From an uncultured Nitrososphaerota archaeon (GTDB taxonomy: Archaea; Thermoproteota; Methanomethylicia; Methanomethylicales; Methanomethylicaceae): a stretch of 64,000 bases of DNA. Positions 59,480-64,000 of the stretch are shown here, in pieces. Positions within the stretch are counted from its first letter, which is position 1, and the number at the start of each line of letters is the position of its first letter. A program made the position numbers and the translations under genes. The stretch is taken from NCBI GenBank assembly GCA_964634735.1, contig CAZWMA010000001.1:73350-137349 (forward strand), read 5' to 3'. Under the pieces are notes generated by a model. That model ran no database searches and was not told the DNA's origin. It was given only the letters and a program-made list of their open reading frames with translations.

Positions 59480-60236
59480 AGCTGATTTCGTTGTAAAGCT
59501 GGGCGGAAGCGCGATAACCCACAAAGACATCTCGTTCTCTGTAAATTCAGACGCAATGAGGCGGCTAGCCAAGGAGCTCTCAAAAGGTTCTAACAAGAAG
59601 GTGCTGCTGGTCTATGGCGGGGGGTCCTTCGGGCATGCCGCCGCAATCAAGCACCTCTCAGGAGGTATGGTGCGCTCCCCATCGGGCATCTCGGAGATTA
59701 GGGCTGCAATGCTCCGCCTCACAGTGGAACTGACCCAGACCTTAATCGAAGAGGGCATCCCGATTTTCGCAATGAATCCTTCTAGTTGCTTCGTCTATGA
59801 CCATGGCTCGATACGCTGCGGCAGCACCCCCATCGAGGTGATGTCGAATGCGCTTGAAGCAGGTCTTGTCCCCGCTATGGGAGGGGACATCATAATGGAC
59901 CGTGCGGGAGGGGCGCGCATACTGTCCGGCGACGCCATCGCCAGGATGCTTGCCCTGCGTTTCAAGGCAAAGACGCTCGCATTCGGGACGGATGTGGACG
60001 GCGTCATTGGGGCCGACGGCGTAATCCGCAGCATAAGCCGAAGGGAGCTGCCCACCGTGATAGAAAATGTCGGGGGGAGGACCGGCGATGTTACCGGAGG
60101 CATGGCAGGCAAGCTCAAAGAGATTCGCGGATTCCTCGCCAGGGGTGGTCGCGAGGTAGTGATCTTCAACGCCTGCAAACCGGGGCTTCTGGGCAAACTG
60201 CTCTCGGGCACGCCTGAAGGTACTATTATTAAATGA
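59448..60236 (+). CDS. ipk: isopentenyl phosphate kinase (amino-acid-kinase fold)
   Basis: FVVKLGGSAI and GGGSFGH motifs; 262 aa; start may be a downstream TTG/GTG (59460-59472). Confidence 0.8.
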   Translation: MNQRVLILLAEADFVVKLGGSAITHKDISFSVNSDAMRRLAKELSKGSNKKVLLVYGGGSFGHAAAIKHLSGGMVRSPSGISEIRAAMLRLTVELTQTLIEEGIPIFAMNPSSCFVYDHGSIRCGSTPIEVMSNALEAGLVPAMGGDIIMDRAGGARILSGDAIARMLALRFKAKTLAFGTDVDGVIGADGVIRSISRRELPTVIENVGGRTGDVTGGMAGKLKEIRGFLARGGREVVIFNACKPGLLGKLLSGTPEGTIIK

Positions 60237-60240
60237 GTTA

Positions 60241-61341
60241 TTGCTTACTATCAATCAGGTAATCCTGATGAGTTCTGACAGGAAGCTTACGCACTTGGAG
60301 ATCTGCAGGGACAAGGATGTCCGTGCGCGATGGGAGACGACCCACCTTGAAGACGTCGCGCTAGCACACTGCGCATTGCCCGAAATCAACTTCTCTGATG
60401 TAGACCTCAGCACCAAGCTCTATGGCAAGAACCTCGCTGCTCCGCTTCTAATCTCTGCCATGACAGGAGGCCATCCCGAGACAAAGAAGGTCAATGAGAA
60501 TTTGGCGAAGGCTGCCAAATCTATGGAGATAGGCATATGCGTTGGGAGCCAACGTGCCGCGATTGAGGATAAGCGCATGGCTGACAGCTTCAGGGTCGTG
60601 CGGGACGTATCGCAGGACCTGCTCGTCATCGGCAACATTGGCGCCTCGCAACTGCTCAGAGAGGACGTTTCCGATTACGCCCTAACCGCAATCGAGATGA
60701 TTGATGCAGACGCATTGGCGGTGCACCTTAACCCACTCCAGGAACTCGTCCAGCCCGGCGGCGACACGCGATACCGAGGGATCTTGGATGGTTTATCAAA
60801 GATCGCAAAATCTGTCAAGACGCCTCTCATAGTGAAAGAGACCGGGTGCGGAATATCCTCTGGCGTTGCAAAGGCGCTGATAGCGACCGGCATTCGAACG
60901 ATCGACGTTGCTGGGGTTGGCGGGACAAGCTGGGCTGCGGTAGAGCATTACAATGCCCTTATGCAGCATGACAATCTCCGTGCAGCCGCGGCCGAGACAT
61001 TCTGGGATTGGGGAATCCCAACCGCGATGAGCATATGCGAGGTCGCCTCACTGCGGTCAGGCATTACGCTGATCGCATCGGGCGGAATATCCAGTGGCCT
61101 AGATGTGGCTAAATCAATGGCGCTCGGCGCTGACCTTGCCGGAATCGCGCATCCCCTGCTCCAGCCTGCTTATTCCGGGGCATCCGAGGTAAAGAAGCGG
61201 ATTGCGCAGGTCATCTTCGAACTAAAGGTTGCCGCAATGCTCACCGGCTCAAAATCAGTTGATGAGCTCAAATCTGCAAGGCTCACACTCAACGGCGACC
61301 TGCTCAGCTGGGCCAATCAGAACAACATCGTTCTTAGGTGA
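60241..61341 (+). CDS. fni: isopentenyl-diphosphate delta-isomerase type 2 (FMN-dependent)
   Basis: TIM-barrel IDI-2 motifs (LISAMTGG, GNIGASQL, GGISSGLDVAKSMALGAD); start possibly Met 60268. Confidence 0.85.
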   Translation: MLTINQVILMSSDRKLTHLEICRDKDVRARWETTHLEDVALAHCALPEINFSDVDLSTKLYGKNLAAPLLISAMTGGHPETKKVNENLAKAAKSMEIGICVGSQRAAIEDKRMADSFRVVRDVSQDLLVIGNIGASQLLREDVSDYALTAIEMIDADALAVHLNPLQELVQPGGDTRYRGILDGLSKIAKSVKTPLIVKETGCGISSGVAKALIATGIRTIDVAGVGGTSWAAVEHYNALMQHDNLRAAAAETFWDWGIPTAMSICEVASLRSGITLIASGGISSGLDVAKSMALGADLAGIAHPLLQPAYSGASEVKKRIAQVIFELKVAAMLTGSKSVDELKSARLTLNGDLLSWANQNNIVLR

Positions 61342-62315
61342 TGAGTATGTTACAAGAAGAGATACAGGCGATTGCTGCAGACGTGAGTGCCATCCTTAAG
61401 AGTTCGCTTATGGACAACGGAAGCCTGCTGCACAAAGCAGCTTACCACCTGCCCGCTCTGGGCGGAAAGAGGATGCGCCCTTTTCTCGTAGCAAAATCAT
61501 GCGAAATTGTGGGCGGTTCGACCCAAAATGTCCTCCCGGCAGCCGCAGCGGTGGAACTGCTGCATAACTTCACGCTTGTCCACGACGACATCATGGATAA
61601 CGATCCGCTCAGGAGAGGTGTCCCCACAGTTCACACAATCTGGGGGACACCAATGGCGATACTCGCGGGGGACTTGATGTTCGCGAAGGCTTTCCAGATC
61701 CTGCTCCGAGCCGATGCAAGCGACCGCCGCATCCGAAATGCTGCTGACGCGCTTGCAACGTCAATGGTGGCGCTCTCAGATGGGCAGCACCTCGACATGT
61801 CCTTCGAAGAGCGGACAGACGTGCGCGAGGAGGAGTACCTCGCGATGATATCCGGGAAGACAGCTGCCCTTTTTGAGGCGAGCGGGAAGATAGGCGCTAT
61901 TATCGGCGGAGGATCCGACGAGGATGCCCTGAGGCTTGGTGAATACGGATGGAACATGGGTATGGCATTTCAGATATTCGACGATTATCTGGGGCTTACT
62001 TCAAAGGAGGAGGTGCTTGGAAAGGCAATCGGGAACGACATCCGCGAAGGCAAGAAGACGCTTATCGTCATAAGGGGGATGTCTTCGGACGCCGCCCCCC
62101 TCCTAAGCGAAGCTTTAGGAAAGAAGGGCACATCGAAAGCAAAGATGGCGAAGCTTCTGAAGAAGCTGCAGGAGAACGGCACACTTGACTATGCCTATTC
62201 GAAGGCAAAATCATATGTCGACACTGCCTTGAACTCACTATCGGCATTCCCGCAATCCAGCGCAAAGAACTCTCTGACATCTCTCGCCGAGATGGCAATA
62301 TCGAGGAAGAAGTAG
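61338..62315 (+). CDS. idsA: geranylgeranyl diphosphate synthase (trans-polyprenyl synthetase)
   Basis: LVHDDIMDNDPLRRG first DDxxD motif and FQIFDDYLG second motif; 325 aa. Confidence 0.85.
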   Translation: MMSMLQEEIQAIAADVSAILKSSLMDNGSLLHKAAYHLPALGGKRMRPFLVAKSCEIVGGSTQNVLPAAAAVELLHNFTLVHDDIMDNDPLRRGVPTVHTIWGTPMAILAGDLMFAKAFQILLRADASDRRIRNAADALATSMVALSDGQHLDMSFEERTDVREEEYLAMISGKTAALFEASGKIGAIIGGGSDEDALRLGEYGWNMGMAFQIFDDYLGLTSKEEVLGKAIGNDIREGKKTLIVIRGMSSDAAPLLSEALGKKGTSKAKMAKLLKKLQENGTLDYAYSKAKSYVDTALNSLSAFPQSSAKNSLTSLAEMAISRKK

Positions 62316-62418
62316 GCAATTGCCCGTTCCTCCACCTCAAAACAGATAATAGCAAGGTGGACGATACAAAGTCGCGCCGGTCGGCTATGAAGTTACCAAC
62401 CGGCGACAGGCGATCACG

Positions 62419-64000
62419 ATGGCAGACTCTGAATCAATCCGCGCGATACTCGTGAAGCATGCGTTATCAAACGCCATCAAGTATGGCGGCAAGGCAAACC
62501 CCAACGCTGTAGCGGGGATGGCCCTATCAGAGGACCCATCATTAAAGGCTAATGCCAAGGAGGTATTCAGGCTAGCGGCAGAGGTTGCCTCCGAGGTGAA
62601 CAAGATGGGGCTAGACGCCATCAAGGCTAAAGCCGGCTCCATCGGCGTGCCCCCTCCAAAGGAGAAGCCGAAACAGGCTGAGCGCATCCTGCCTCCGCTC
62701 CCGAACGCGTCGAAGTACGCGAAGATAAAGGTCAGGTTCGCACCGAACCCAGACTCCGTCATACACCTCGGCAACACACGGGCAGCAATACTTAGCGATG
62801 AATACGCCAAGATATACGGTGGCTCTTTCGTCCTCAGATTTGAGGATACTTCCCCATCGATAAAGCCACCTCAAGCAGAGGCTTATGAAATCATAAAGCA
62901 AGACCTCAAGTGGCTGGGCGTGAACTGGGACGAGGAGGCGATACAGTCTGACAGGCTACCGATATATTATGATCATGCCCGAAATATCCTCGAGCTCGGT
63001 GGAGCCTACATCTGCACCTGCCCCGCCGAGTCTTTCAGGTCGTTAGCCACTCAGAAGAAGGCATGCCCTTGCCGGGACCTTCCGCCGGCTGAGCACCTGG
63101 AGCGGTGGGCGCGCATGCTGAACGGCAAGACCAAGCGTGGAGGGGCAGTCATGCGCGTAAAGACCGACCTCCAGCACCCCAACCCTGCGATCAGGGACTG
63201 GCCAGCCATGCGCATAGACACTGCGTCGCATCCGAGGATAGGCAAGAAGTACCGAGTCTGGCCACTTTACAACTTCGCCTCAGGCGTTGACGATCATTTG
63301 ATGGGCATAACCCACATCTTCCGCGGTAAGGAGCACGAGGTGAACATGCACCGCCAGAAGTACATGTACAAGTACTTTGGCTGGGACTATCCCGAGGCAA
63401 TTCACTACGGGCGCTTAAAGATCGTTGGCACAGTGCTCAGCAAGTCCAAAATCAGGGCAGGTATCGAGTCCGGGACTTACAAGGACTGGAGCGACCCGCG
63501 ATTGGGCACGATAGCTGCCTTAAGGCGCAGGGGGTTCCTCCCGGAGACGATAAGGAAGCTGATACTCGAATGCGGCGTGCGCCCATCCGAGGCCACAATA
63601 AGCTGGGAGAACATCGACTCCATTAACCGCAAGTTGCTCGACCCTGTCGTCAAGCGTTTTGTCTTCGTTGCCGATCCGGTGCCATTAGAGATTTCTGGGA
63701 TTCCAAAGCCCTTTAAGGCGAGAATGCCGCTTCACCCCGATCACCAAGATTGGGGCAGCCGCGAATTTGCCCTCTCACCAGGGTCACCTGTGATTTCCGT
63801 CCCGTCAGGAGACCTTGCGCAGCTCAAGAAGGGGTCTGCATTCAGGCTGATGAATCTCTTCAACGTTGAAGTAACCGGCAAGGGGAAGGGGCGGTTCATA
63901 AGCGAAGACGTCGCCGATGCCAAACGGCTTGGCGCGCATATAATCCAATGGATGCCCGAAGGTATGGGGGTTCCTCTCACAGTTGTTCGTCCCGACGCGA
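62419..64000 (+). CDS. gltX: glutamyl-tRNA synthetase, archaeal type (3' end beyond the window)
   Basis: Open frame from ATG 62419 to the window end, not in the ORF track because no stop is reached; RFAPNPDSVIHLGNTRAAI (HIGH-class motif) and archaeal N-terminal domain. Confidence 0.8.
   Translation, partial: MADSESIRAILVKHALSNAIKYGGKANPNAVAGMALSEDPSLKANAKEVFRLAAEVASEVNKMGLDAIKAKAGSIGVPPPKEKPKQAERILPPLPNASKYAKIKVRFAPNPDSVIHLGNTRAAILSDEYAKIYGGSFVLRFEDTSPSIKPPQAEAYEIIKQDLKWLGVNWDEEAIQSDRLPIYYDHARNILELGGAYICTCPAESFRSLATQKKACPCRDLPPAEHLERWARMLNGKTKRGGAVMRVKTDLQHPNPAIRDWPAMRIDTASHPRIGKKYRVWPLYNFASGVDDHLMGITHIFRGKEHEVNMHRQKYMYKYFGWDYPEAIHYGRLKIVGTVLSKSKIRAGIESGTYKDWSDPRLGTIAALRRRGFLPETIRKLILECGVRPSEATISWENIDSINRKLLDPVVKRFVFVADPVPLEISGIPKPFKARMPLHPDHQDWGSREFALSPGSPVISVPSGDLAQLKKGSAFRLMNLFNVEVTGKGKGRFISEDVADAKRLGAHIIQWMPEGMGVPLTVVRPDA

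Noticed and set aside
62385-62810. 141-aa minus-strand ORF
   Set aside because: Antisense to the 5' region of gltX, whose plus-strand frame is open from 62419 to the window end with clear GluRS motifs.
1-64000. Search for CRISPR arrays, IS elements, integrases, toxin-antitoxin or other defense loci
   Set aside because: No regularly spaced direct repeats, transposase-like ORFs or terminal inverted repeats were seen; the window is almost entirely housekeeping genes.

Overview
This is an archaeal chromosomal core region of about 60% GC, densely packed with translation and transcription genes. Reading left to right: a tungsten-type aldehyde:ferredoxin oxidoreductase module (ferredoxin, AOR, MoaD-like), a carbon-nitrogen hydrolase, an RmlD-like reductase, ileS, then a convergent DUF72 / LigD-3'-phosphoesterase pair, a PAS protein and a flavodoxin. 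Next come an intron-containing tRNA, an HtrA protease, and tRNA-Tyr with a 64-nt intron. The RNA polymerase / str cluster follows (rpoH, unsplit rpoB, rpoA', rpoA'', L30e, nusA, S12, S7, EF-1alpha, S10) with no EF-2 gene. After it lie a PAS histidine kinase, intron-containing tRNA-Ser, an archease-RtcB-MBL hydrolase operon, a PiT/PhoU-like phosphate pair, valS, a small Cys protein and a decayed FAD-linked oxidase. The large r-protein cluster then runs from a SPOUT methyltransferase and L3 through L30, an inserted Hsp20, L15, secY, adk, DUF106, cmk, cbf5 and a methyltransferase, followed by an intron-containing tRNA. The second r-protein/RNAP cluster (S13, S4, S11, rpoD, L18e, L13, S9, rpoN, S2) comes next. 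A mevalonate-pathway cluster (MEMO-like, divergent GHMP kinase, IPK, IDI-2, GGPP synthase) follows, and the window ends in a 5'-partial archaeal gltX. There are no CRISPR arrays or mobile elements. The most unusual items are low-complexity charged tails on core subunits (a ~120-aa K/A-rich N-terminal extension on RpoA''), a C4 zinc-ribbon-like insertion in RpoH, an Hsp20 gene inside the spc operon, a GHMP kinase with degenerate ATP motifs at the mvk position, introns in all four tRNAs, and two translationally coupled RNA/DNA end-healing pairs (DUF72-PE and RtcB-MBL).
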